NCBI GenBank assembly: GCA_026414185.1
Contig: JAOAJL010000001.1
Location: 82,987-146,986 of the forward strand
Source of the DNA: Candidatus Micrarchaeota archaeon
GTDB lineage: Archaea; Micrarchaeota; Micrarchaeia; Anstonellales; Anstonellaceae
Direction of reading: 5' to 3'
DNA length: 64,000 bases
The notes beneath the pieces are model-generated. The model made no database searches and was not told the origin of the DNA. It was given only the letters and a program-made list of their open reading frames with translations. The position numbers were made by a program, and so were the translations under genes. Shown one piece after another: positions 49,269 to 57,436 of the stretch. The stretch's first letter is position 1, and every line of letters begins with the position of its first letter.

Positions 49269-50990
49269 ATGGATGCGAAAGGAATGTTTGCGGTGATGGC
49301 AGCGCTGCTGTTGCTGCTTTCCCCCCTCTTGGTGGCGGGCGAGGCAGAGGCGGAAGACAGCATCAAGGCAACCGCACAGCCAGTAACCGCGGCAGACGGA
49401 AGCTCAGCGCAGGCTGCGCCCATCTGCCCGGCAAAATCTCCAATAAAGGTAAGATGCAACGCCTTTGACAACGCCGCGCCTTCACGGCAGTGGGTTGGCG
49501 CCGACGGCTGCAAATACGTATGCGACGATGATGCCCCCATCTCGTCCAACTGCCCCTCAAAGTCCCCCATAAAGATAAACTGCAACGCTTTTGATTCGGA
49601 CGTGCGCGAGTGGGTTGGCGCCGACGGCTGCAAATACGTATGCGATGACAGCCAGACTGTTGTTGCCTGCCCAACAAAATCCACAATAAAAGTCAATTGC
49701 GACTCCTCTGACAGGGCGGTGAGGCAGTGGGTTGGCGCCGACGGCTGCAAATACGAATGCGAATACAGGGCAGCGGCAGGTCCGGCAGACTGCGCATCAG
49801 AAACCCCAATCTGCGGAAAGGGCTTTTCTATCGGAACCTACGTTGATGCAAACGGCTGCACAGTCCAGTACTGCAAGCAGGATGAGCCCTCAAAAAGAGT
49901 GGGGATTTCCCTGCTTGTCCACCCGCCAGATGTAAGGGAAGGGGAGATGGTAAAAGCGGTTGCGACCGTGAAGTTCGCCCCTTCTCCGGTTGCGGCTGCA
50001 GATGCGGCAGAAAAGAAATTCAAGGTTGAAATCAAGATGACCGGACCGGGCCAGGAGCTTTCTGCAGGCAGGGCAAAAGCACTGCTTGCCTCAGCTACGG
50101 GCGAGGATGCGCTTGGGCTGATAAAAAAATCCCTCCGCTCCATCTTGGAGCAGAAGAAAGAAGGCGCAAAGCAGGATGACAATCCAAAGGCAGCCTCAGC
50201 CGCAGTTGCCGACGCCTCCATTGTGGCAAGCAGGAAGTTTGAGCAGGAAATAACAGAATACATCACTCTCAAGGCTGGCGAGGAAAAGAGCGTCGTCGCC
50301 TATTTTGCCGCCTCAAGCCCTGGCAGGAGGGTAATCAAGGCGGAGGCTTATGAACTGGCGGGCGCCGCCTGCCCTGCTGAAAGCACCCAGCCGCTTCCTT
50401 GCAAGGAGGAATACAAAAAAGTGGCGCAGGCATGGGGCTATGTCCGCGTTGGAGCGCAGACAACTCCTCCCCTTCCTCCAATAGCAAAGAACAACAGCAC
50501 CTCCTCCGCTGTTGTTGGGAAGCTTGCCCTCTCTTCGGGCTGGAACATGGTCTCGCTTCCCGTGGCGGCAAAAGTGGCGATGAAACAGCTCCAAAAGGAG
50601 TGCGGCAGCCTGCCGTTTGCCTGGCGCCTTACTGAAAACGGCTATGTCAAAGAGCCCGTGCTTGTGCCCGGCTACGGCTACTGGGTGCGCTCCGCAGGAA
50701 GCTGCGAAGTGGATGTGAGCGCAGAAAGCCAAGTGCGGGAGCTTTCCCCGCTTTTTGCCGGCTGGAATCTTGTCGGGGCGCCCGGCACAGCAGTTCCAAT
50801 CTCGGACTTCGCCGGAAGCTGCAACATAGTGGCTGGGCCGTGGCACTACCAGAATCCAAGCCCATCTACGTCAGCCTCGCCTTACGTTCTTGCAAGCACG
50901 CTTGAGCCAGGCAAGGCGTACTGGATTAAAGTAAGCGGGGCGTGCAGGCTGGGAAGCGCGGAGGAGCAGCCCCCTGCTCCGCCGCAATGA
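49269..50990 (+). CDS. Secreted Cys-repeat surface protein
   Basis: Signal peptide, three CPxKSxIKxxC...WVGADGCKYxC repeats and two C-terminal GWNxV...PGxxYW repeats. Confidence 0.8.
   Translation: MDAKGMFAVMAALLLLLSPLLVAGEAEAEDSIKATAQPVTAADGSSAQAAPICPAKSPIKVRCNAFDNAAPSRQWVGADGCKYVCDDDAPISSNCPSKSPIKINCNAFDSDVREWVGADGCKYVCDDSQTVVACPTKSTIKVNCDSSDRAVRQWVGADGCKYECEYRAAAGPADCASETPICGKGFSIGTYVDANGCTVQYCKQDEPSKRVGISLLVHPPDVREGEMVKAVATVKFAPSPVAAADAAEKKFKVEIKMTGPGQELSAGRAKALLASATGEDALGLIKKSLRSILEQKKEGAKQDDNPKAASAAVADASIVASRKFEQEITEYITLKAGEEKSVVAYFAASSPGRRVIKAEAYELAGAACPAESTQPLPCKEEYKKVAQAWGYVRVGAQTTPPLPPIAKNNSTSSAVVGKLALSSGWNMVSLPVAAKVAMKQLQKECGSLPFAWRLTENGYVKEPVLVPGYGYWVRSAGSCEVDVSAESQVRELSPLFAGWNLVGAPGTAVPISDFAGSCNIVAGPWHYQNPSPSTSASPYVLASTLEPGKAYWIKVSGACRLGSAEEQPPAPPQ
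49489..49755 (+). repeat. Three coding repeats with an identical 30-nt core (periods 120 and 117 nt)
   Basis: AGTGGGTTGGCGCCGACGGCTGCAAATACG at 49489, 49609 and 49726. Confidence 0.9.
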
Positions 50991-50995
50991 GGGGC

Positions 50996-51041
50996 AAGGG
51001 GGGATGGCAAACTCTCCAACCCCCTTCTTTTTTTGTTTTTT
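50996..51041 (+). terminator. Hairpin plus T-tract terminator
   Basis: AAGGGGG...CCCCCTT followed by CTTTTTTTGTTTTTT, just after the stop at 50990. Confidence 0.7.
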
Positions 51042-51197
51042 AACCTTCGCAAAGCCGCGCGTGGTTGGCATGAGAAATCCAAAAACAAAACGGAGGGCTC
51101 CTTGCGGCTGGCAGGACAAGCAGCCAAGCATTCTAAATTCGGTAGCCGAGCTTTTCATCATCTCCATTTCCGGTTGCGCACCGCAGAAAAAACAGGA

Positions 51198-51307
51198 TGC
51201 TCCCAACGGGATTTGAACCCGTGTTACCGGCTTTCCTTCTGCTTGAAATGCCCAATAAGATTGCAGTTGAAAGGCCAGCGTCCTTGACCGGGCTGAACGA
51301 TGGGAGC
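51198..51307 (-). tRNA. tRNA-Glu(TTC) with a 35-nt intron at 37/38 (51233-51267)
   Basis: Acceptor GCTCCCA/TGGGAGC, T-arm ACGGG-TTCAAAT-CCCGT and a BHB motif (CTTT/AAGG central helix, CTGC/GCAG outer helix). Confidence 0.95.
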
Positions 51308-51371
51308 CCGAATCTCTTCTTGCGGAAAGGGGTTTTAAATTATCGCTCCAAGTTTTAAATCCGGCGAGATT

Positions 51372-51953
51372 ATGTCGGAATTCCAGCTTGCCTCCTTTCT
51401 GACGGCGTTTGCGGCTCTTTTCATAGTCATGGACCCCTTCTCCTCAGTGCCCGTCTTCATCGCCCTGACGCGCAGAATGACTCCTGAAAAAAGAAACGAG
51501 GCGGCAATGATAGCAACGCTTGTTGCGGCTGGCGTCTCATTCAGCTTCCTGTTCGCAGGACCTTATGTCTTAAACGTGATGGGCATAAGGATGGAGTCAT
51601 TTTCAATCGCAGGCGGGGCTCTGATGTTTCTCATCGCAATCTCCTTCGCCTTAGGGATTGACTTTGGCAGGCGCAACAAGGACACGTCTGTGGAGGCAGT
51701 GATAATAGGGGTGCCTCTCCTTGCAGGTCCAGGCGTGATGCTCTCCGTGCTTCTCCTTTCAGCCTCATATGGCATTCTCAACGTTCTTGCCGCCTGCGCA
51801 GCCGCCTGCGCAACAAGCTATGTGATACTGCTGCTTTCAAACACAATACAGCGGCTCATAGGGAGAAACGGGCTGGAAATACTCTCACGCGTCATGGGCG
51901 TGCTTCTGGCGGCATTTGCGATGGAATACATACGCAGGGGCTTTGGGCTTTAA
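51372..51953 (+). CDS. MarC family membrane protein
   Basis: LFIVMDPF, FSIAGG, PLLAGPG, RVMGVLLAA. Confidence 0.9.
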   Translation: MSEFQLASFLTAFAALFIVMDPFSSVPVFIALTRRMTPEKRNEAAMIATLVAAGVSFSFLFAGPYVLNVMGIRMESFSIAGGALMFLIAISFALGIDFGRRNKDTSVEAVIIGVPLLAGPGVMLSVLLLSASYGILNVLAACAAACATSYVILLLSNTIQRLIGRNGLEILSRVMGVLLAAFAMEYIRRGFGL

Positions 51954-51963
51954 GCGCGGAAAG

Positions 51964-52836
51964 TCATGTCCCGCACAGCATGCGCAGAAGGTCCCTTATT
52001 CCCGGCCCAAATCCAACGACCATAACTGCAATAAGGACAAGTGCTGAATCAGAGGGAGAAAGCCTCTCCTTTGACAGAAAATAGACTATGAGGGAGGCGA
52101 GGGCGACTTTGAGCAGGAAGAACAGAAAGAAGCCAAGCGGCGTTGCTGTTCCTATGCCTGCCGAAAGCACGTGCTGCTCAAAGTACGAGGCACCTGTTTG
52201 CTTCCCAAAGAGGTCTATCACCACAAAGGTCGCCGCCCCGTCAAGCGCCTGCCCGGCGATGGCAAGCCTCTGGTGGATGCCGAGGGAGAGACGGGCAAAT
52301 CGGCTCAGCGCGGCAAATGCAAAAAGAGAGCCTGCCGCCGCGATTGCAAGCGCCAGGAATGCATAGCCAAAATGCTCCATGAATGGCAGGAGAAGCAGAA
52401 GGCAGGGCAGCCAAAGCGCCATGCCAGCCCAGGCTGCGAAAGGCGCATTTCTCATGGCAAACGAAAGCCAAAGTGAGCAAAAGAAGAGGATTCCGGTGAC
52501 CACATATATGCCTGGCGTGACCGTGAGATAACCGTAGTGGAATATGCCTGCCATGTCAATTGCGGCATAGACTGGGTTTTCTGCTGCGAATGCAGAAAAC
52601 TTGCCGGAGTCGGAAAGGTCGGTGAGTACCCGCGCGGTTGCCCCGAAGAGTATGAAGCTGAAAGCCGCATAAAGAAACTCGCGGGATGAGAAGTCAAAAC
52701 CCCTGCTTTTCAGGACCTTCCAAACCAGATAAACGCAGGCCATCGCAATTGCCGCATAGACAGCAGTATTTATCAAGTTGTAGCCGCTGCGCTCCGCGAT
52801 AGGTCTTACGAAATACTCCTGCACAAAGCCCTCCAT
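51964..52836 (-). CDS. DUF63 family membrane protein
   Basis: GYNLINTAVY, VTPGIY, LDGAAT, YFEQHV, GFGPGIRD. Confidence 0.85.
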   Translation of the reverse strand: MEGFVQEYFVRPIAERSGYNLINTAVYAAIAMACVYLVWKVLKSRGFDFSSREFLYAAFSFILFGATARVLTDLSDSGKFSAFAAENPVYAAIDMAGIFHYGYLTVTPGIYVVTGILFFCSLWLSFAMRNAPFAAWAGMALWLPCLLLLLPFMEHFGYAFLALAIAAAGSLFAFAALSRFARLSLGIHQRLAIAGQALDGAATFVVIDLFGKQTGASYFEQHVLSAGIGTATPLGFFLFFLLKVALASLIVYFLSKERLSPSDSALVLIAVMVVGFGPGIRDLLRMLCGT

Positions 52837-53090
52837 CCCTTTTGCTTTCAAGAACAAATGTTAAAATCGGTTGCGCAGCTCGGTTCTGCCTTGCCGTCCG
52901 CATGGCAAGAGCGTTTGAAACAGCAATATTCCTGCCGCCTTCCGGCTCACTGCCCTCCTTCCGCACTTTCCATACTGCAGAGTGCGCTTCCACAGCCCCT
53001 TTACCCGAGTCTCTTGAGGCTGCCGCAAGGCAAGTCCAGTTCAAAAGGCAGATAGCCTCTATTTTTATCCTTTTTCTCCCCATAGCCTAC

Positions 53091-53226
53091 GGGCCCGTAG
53101 CTCAGCTGGTTAGAGCGGCATCTTGCCCCTGCTTTCGCAGAGGCTTGACGCAGGTCTTATATGACACGCTCTCGCACATGTGTCTTGGAAAGCTGTAGGT
53201 CGCGAGTTCGAATCTCGTCGGGCCCA
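53091..53226 (+). tRNA. tRNA-Ile(TAT) with two introns: 29/30 (53121-53153) and 37/38 (53162-53190)
   Basis: Removing both introns gives a 74-nt cloverleaf: acceptor GGGCCCG/CGGGCCC, anticodon stem GCAGT/GCTGT, loop CT-TAT-AA. Both junctions fold as relaxed BHB motifs. Confidence 0.85.
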
Positions 53227-53260
53227 TCTGATTTTATTAACAGCAGCCCATTTTCTTCTC

Positions 53261-53581
53261 ATGCAAAAGCAAAACCTTCGCGAAATTGCCATGGAGCGCA
53301 TAGGGATTCTTCTTGATCTGGCGGCAGAAGCGTTGCGCAATGGAGAGGAAAAGTATGCGCGCCGCTATGTTTTTTTGGCAAGAAAGCTCTCAACACGCTA
53401 CAACTGCCGCCTTCCGCCTGCCATTCGCGCGAAATTCTGCAAAGGCTGCGGGCTTCCGCTTCTGCCTGGAAAAAACTGCCGCGTGAGGCTTCGCAAGAGG
53501 CAAAGAAAAGCGGAATACCTGTGCCTCTGCGGAAGAAGACGGCTCTTTAAATATTCTTGCGCCAAAACACTAAGCAGGTGA
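53261..53581 (+). CDS. rnp4: RNase P protein Rpp21
   Basis: IAMERIGIL, ARRYV, FCKGC, CLCG. Confidence 0.9.
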   Translation: MQKQNLREIAMERIGILLDLAAEALRNGEEKYARRYVFLARKLSTRYNCRLPPAIRAKFCKGCGLPLLPGKNCRVRLRKRQRKAEYLCLCGRRRLFKYSCAKTLSR

Positions 53582-53585
53582 TAAA

Positions 53586-54329
53586 ATGCTCGGTTTCCAA
53601 GTTCAGTCCTTAGAAACTCCAAACCAAAAGTCCTCTTTTATTAAATCGCTTGAAGATGCCTTTAGAAAGACCTCAGAACCACACCGCCTTATTTTTGGTA
53701 GTTCCAATGCCCCTTTTGGTAGTTCCGTCCCGGAAGACAAACATAGTAAACAAAATTTTTCAATTTTTAACTTAAACAAGCTGCCCGACATTATTAGCGA
53801 GATTAGCGAGAAAAGAGCAAATGAAATAATAAGGGGCGCTGCCGCTCTGAGGCAGGATCTCGGGGGCCAAATCAACGAAGAACAGTCAATCATCCTTTAT
53901 CTTCTTCTCGGTTCCATAGACACCAAAAACTTGCCGACGAATATTAAAAAGCAAGATTTTATAAAGGACTTCAAGCTGGAATTAGGCTTTCTCCTCATCT
54001 ACGTCATAGGCTACACTAAAAACATTAATTATAAGAATGATGCCTCAGAATTCATAAATACTTCGGATGAGGCTAGGCGATATGAAATTTTGAATAAATA
54101 CCTCTCAACGTCTTCAAAAGATTTAATGCCGATGCTTGCCAACATTGCATATGCCATATACACACTTTCAAAAATAGGCGAGTCGGGCCTTACTGTTCAA
54201 CTTCCAATTGACCTCTGGCTTAAAAACTTGGAGCAAATAGCAAAGATTATAGAAGATATCAAAAGGCAAAAAGAAAAAGATTTAAAATACGCAAAAATCC
54301 TGGATAGCACTCCAACAAAAACTTCATAG
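53586..54329 (+). CDS. Hypothetical low-GC orphan (starts MLGFQ)
   Basis: 247-aa ORF with AGGTGA SD. Sampled 60-nt lines have 24 and 17 G+C. Confidence 0.7.
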   Translation: MLGFQVQSLETPNQKSSFIKSLEDAFRKTSEPHRLIFGSSNAPFGSSVPEDKHSKQNFSIFNLNKLPDIISEISEKRANEIIRGAAALRQDLGGQINEEQSIILYLLLGSIDTKNLPTNIKKQDFIKDFKLELGFLLIYVIGYTKNINYKNDASEFINTSDEARRYEILNKYLSTSSKDLMPMLANIAYAIYTLSKIGESGLTVQLPIDLWLKNLEQIAKIIEDIKRQKEKDLKYAKILDSTPTKTS

Positions 54330-54434
54330 GGACGGCTTTTGGCTTTCCGAAACAATTAAATAGGAGTATCGCAACTATCTTCGGAGCCGAAAAAAGGGAG
54401 ATTAGGGCTTTTGCCGGCTTTCAGAGGTGTTGGG

Positions 54435-54851
54435 ATGGTAACCGTGTATGATGTTGCTCCAAGCAGGCTTGTTGCCAAGGTAGCCGAAAAGCTTGCGTCA
54501 ATGGGGATATCCGCGCCTGCTTGGGTGGGCAAGGTGAAGTCTGGCGCCCACCGCCAAAGGCTGCCCCAGCAGAAGAATTTCTGGTATCTTCGGCTCGCCT
54601 CTCTCCTGAGGAACGCATATATAAGGGGAAGCGTCGGGGTGCGCTCGCTTCGTACGCACTATGGCGGGCGGAAGGTGCGTGGGGTAAAGCCCGAGGAGAA
54701 GCGAAAGGCGGGCGGCTCCATAATACGCAAGGGCTTGCAGGCGCTTGAAGCGGCAGGGCTGATGGAGAAGAAGAAAAAAGGCAGGCAGATAACCCCTGCT
54801 GGAAGGAAGCTTCTTGATGCGGTTGCCAGAGAGCTTTCCGCACAAGGTTGA
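54435..54851 (+). CDS. rps19e: 30S ribosomal protein eS19
   Basis: TVYDV, VKSG, WYLRLASLLR, YGG, GSIIRKGLQALE. Confidence 0.95.
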   Translation: MVTVYDVAPSRLVAKVAEKLASMGISAPAWVGKVKSGAHRQRLPQQKNFWYLRLASLLRNAYIRGSVGVRSLRTHYGGRKVRGVKPEEKRKAGGSIIRKGLQALEAAGLMEKKKKGRQITPAGRKLLDAVARELSAQG

Positions 54852-54856
54852 TTCTG

Positions 54857-55159
54857 ATGGCAAGCGAGGAAGAGGAAGGCGAGGATATTCAAAAGCTCTA
54901 TCAGGAGCGCATAAGGCAGGCGCAGCTTGAGGCAAAAAAGAAAGAGCTTTTGCGCCGCCTGCTTTCAAGCGAGGCTTATGAGCGGATGATGAATGTGCGG
55001 ATTTCAAGCCCAGAGGTATATGAAAAAGCTCTTTCTTCGCTTGCTTATTTTGCCCAGCAGCACGGCTTTGGGCAGAAGATATCCGACGAGCAGCTGTATG
55101 CGCTTTTACGCAGACTGACGCAGGAGCCGCAAACCAGGATAGAGTTTCGGCGGAAGTGA
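54857..55159 (+). CDS. PDCD5-like DNA-binding protein
   Basis: LLSSEAYERMMNVR, KISDEQL. Usual position after rps19e. Confidence 0.88.
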   Translation: MASEEEEGEDIQKLYQERIRQAQLEAKKKELLRRLLSSEAYERMMNVRISSPEVYEKALSSLAYFAQQHGFGQKISDEQLYALLRRLTQEPQTRIEFRRK

Positions 55160-55178
55160 GGCGGAAGGAGGGGATTTG

Positions 55179-55520
55179 ATGTATCATCCGGGAAAGGTCG
55201 TGGCGGTGCTGTCTCCGCGGGAAAAGGGGGTTCTTTCCGCAGATGCTTCCGTGCAGGCAACACTGCGCATGTGGGATGAGAATGTCCTGACCATGCTTGT
55301 TGAGAAAAAAATAGCCGACAAGGTAAGGGAAGGCGACATTGTGCTTTGCGACTACCGCCCGCAGGAGGGCATGAGCGTCCCCGTCCCGCGCCACGTCGTC
55401 GTGAAGGTTCTGAAAGGCAAGGCGGCGGAGCGCATCTGGCAGGAATACAGGGAAACTTACGAGAAAAGAAAGCGCAGGGAGCATTCCGAAAAGGAAGCCC
55501 AGCAGTCCTACATAGGGTGA
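55179..55520 (+). CDS. Hypothetical protein within the ribosomal operon (possible OB-like fold)
   Basis: Strong SD and tight operon spacing. Contains MWDEN and GDIVLCDY. Confidence 0.75.
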   Translation: MYHPGKVVAVLSPREKGVLSADASVQATLRMWDENVLTMLVEKKIADKVREGDIVLCDYRPQEGMSVPVPRHVVVKVLKGKAAERIWQEYRETYEKRKRREHSEKEAQQSYIG

Positions 55521-55524
55521 AAAG

Positions 55525-55707
55525 ATGAGCAGAGTGAAATCCTCAAAAAAGAAGGCGATGCTCGGGAAGTTCATCAAGCAGAACAGGCGCATACCCCTCT
55601 TTGTGATAGCAAAGACCAACAGGAGGGTTGTGCAAAACAGGGAGCGGCGCAACTGGAGGAGCCAGAAGCTCAAGATGCGCTCGCAGAAGAGGAACAGGCT
55701 CAACTGA
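55525..55707 (+). CDS. rpl39e: 50S ribosomal protein eL39
   Basis: KQNRRIP, KTN, RRNWR. Confidence 0.93.
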   Translation: MSRVKSSKKKAMLGKFIKQNRRIPLFVIAKTNRRVVQNRERRNWRSQKLKMRSQKRNRLN

Positions 55708-55723
55708 GCGCGGGGGTATTCCT

Positions 55724-56128
55724 ATGGCGAACCTTGAACGCATCTATACAATTCCGCTTGGAGATGCATACCTGCGCGCAAGAGGCGTGCGGGCAAAGAG
55801 GGCAATAGCGTTCATAAGGGCGTTTGCCGCAAGGCATATGAAAGCCGCCACAGTGCGCATATCGGAAGGCGTCAACTCCCTCGTCTTCCGCGACGGCATG
55901 AAAAAGCCGCCTCGCAGGATAAAAGTCAGAATAGTGAAAGGGGAAGACGGGCTTGCGCGGGTCTGGCTCATAGGGGAGGAGGAGCGGCTGAAGCAGGAGG
56001 CTGAGAAAAGGAAAAAAGAGCAGGAGGAAAGGCAGAAGCAAAAGGAGAAGGCGGCACAGGAAGCGGCAAAGCCGCCGCAGGAAAGCGCCGCTGAAAAGCC
56101 CCCTGAGCAAAAGCCAAAATCGGGGTAG
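55724..56128 (+). CDS. rpl31e: 50S ribosomal protein eL31
   Basis: ERIYTIPL, RAKRAI, PPRRIKV. Confidence 0.95.
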   Translation: MANLERIYTIPLGDAYLRARGVRAKRAIAFIRAFAARHMKAATVRISEGVNSLVFRDGMKKPPRRIKVRIVKGEDGLARVWLIGEEERLKQEAEKRKKEQEERQKQKEKAAQEAAKPPQESAAEKPPEQKPKSG

Positions 56129-56132
56129 GCAA

Positions 56133-56795
56133 ATGCCGATAAGCAGGGCAAGCAACTTTGGCAACCCGCATATAGGGATTTTTGCCAAAGCATCCGAGGA
56201 GCTTGCGGTGCTTGATGCCTCAGCATCGCAAAAACTTTCAGCAGGGCTGCTTGCCCTCGGCGTGCCGATAGAGCGCGCCACCGTGGGCGGCTTTGGGCTT
56301 TCCGGAATTTTCCTTGCTATGAACTCAAACGGGGCAGTTCTGCCCAGCTTCTGCCTGCAGGAGGAAATCTCCCTTTTCAAGCGCAGGGGGCTCTCCGTCG
56401 CAACGCTTTCAGGCTCCTTTTCCGCCGCGGGCAACAACATCGCCGCAAACGACTTCGGGGCGATAGTAAACCCAGCCCTACCAAGAGAGCAGATAAGGCG
56501 CATTTCCGACGCATTGGGGGTTGAGGCGGTGCCTATGAAAGTCGCCGGCTACTCAACCCCTGGCTCGTGCATAGCCGCAACCAACAGGGGCTTTGCGGCG
56601 CACAATCGCGCAAGCGCACAAGAGTTAAAAGAGATTGAGCGCATACTGCATGTGGCTGGGCTGAACTGCACGGTGAATATGGGAGTGGCGTTCCCCTCTC
56701 TGGGCGTGCTTGCAAACTCCAAAGGCGCGCTGGTCGGCGAGAAGACGACTGGCTTTGAGGCAGGCAGGCTGGCAGAAGCCCTCGCCTTGCAATGA
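56133..56795 (+). CDS. eif6: Translation initiation factor 6
   Basis: GNPHIG, GNNIAAND, TVNMG, TTGFE. Confidence 0.93.
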   Translation: MPISRASNFGNPHIGIFAKASEELAVLDASASQKLSAGLLALGVPIERATVGGFGLSGIFLAMNSNGAVLPSFCLQEEISLFKRRGLSVATLSGSFSAAGNNIAANDFGAIVNPALPREQIRRISDALGVEAVPMKVAGYSTPGSCIAATNRGFAAHNRASAQELKEIERILHVAGLNCTVNMGVAFPSLGVLANSKGALVGEKTTGFEAGRLAEALALQ

Positions 56796-56808
56796 TGGTG
56801 GTGGTTTT

Positions 56809-56973
56809 ATGGCAAAGTTCATCGTAAGCGGGGTTGCGAAAGGAAGGCAGTTTGAAAAGGAGGTTGAAGCTCCTTCCGAGAAGCTTGCCCGCGAATACGC
56901 CTATTCCCTCCTTGGTTCAAACGCAGGGATTAAAAGGTCAGCCATCAAGATAACCTCAGTCAAAAGAGGCTAA
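56809..56973 (+). CDS. rpl18a: 50S ribosomal protein eL20 (LX/L18a)
   Basis: FEKEVEA, AYSLLGS, KRSAIKI. Confidence 0.9.
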   Translation: MAKFIVSGVAKGRQFEKEVEAPSEKLAREYAYSLLGSNAGIKRSAIKITSVKRG

Positions 56974-56986
56974 ACAGGTGGTATTC

Positions 56987-57436
56987 ATGGCAGAGGAAGA
57001 AAGCATTGAGAGCCTTTCTTATCAGATTCAGTTTCAGCAGGCAAAGGGGGATGCCATAAAAAAGCAGCTTCAAGACCTCCAGTCTGCTCTGGTGGAGATG
57101 GGCGGGGCAATTGAAACTCTCAAAAACATAAAGAAAATCAAGGGCGAATCCCTTCTTCCGATCGGCTCCGGGGTTTTCATTTCCTATGGCAAGCCGAACA
57201 CGGAGCGGGTGCTTATCAACATAGGCGCAAATGTTCTTTCAAGCAAGACTCCTGAGGAGGCTGTGAAGATGCTTGAGGAGCGCCAGAACAACGTGCGCAA
57301 TGCGATAAACACTGCCCAAAAGGACTTGAACGAGGTAATCGCCTCTATTGAAGAGCTCTCCAGGCGCGTTGCAGAGCTTCAGCCGCCTTCCGCAGGTGCC
57401 ACAAATGTTCAGCCTTCTCAAGAGCAAACTGGCTAG
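56987..57436 (+). CDS. pfdA: Prefoldin alpha subunit
   Basis: LLPIGSG and VLINIGA hairpins between coiled coils. Usual synteny. Confidence 0.92.
   Translation: MAEEESIESLSYQIQFQQAKGDAIKKQLQDLQSALVEMGGAIETLKNIKKIKGESLLPIGSGVFISYGKPNTERVLINIGANVLSSKTPEEAVKMLEERQNNVRNAINTAQKDLNEVIASIEELSRRVAELQPPSAGATNVQPSQEQTG

Noticed and set aside
49489-49755. Three identical 30-nt repeats resembling a mini CRISPR array
   Set aside because: The intervening stretches are 87-90 nt, similar to each other and in frame inside a secreted protein. No cas genes are present.
52925-52960. SRP RNA helix 8 (GCC-GGAA-GGC on the minus strand)
   Set aside because: The CAGG/AGCA internal loop is absent and the available region is too short for an archaeal SRP RNA.
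50991-54400. Integrated element at tRNA-Glu or tRNA-Ile
   Set aside because: No integrase and no duplicated tRNA end were seen. The flanking genes are mostly housekeeping.
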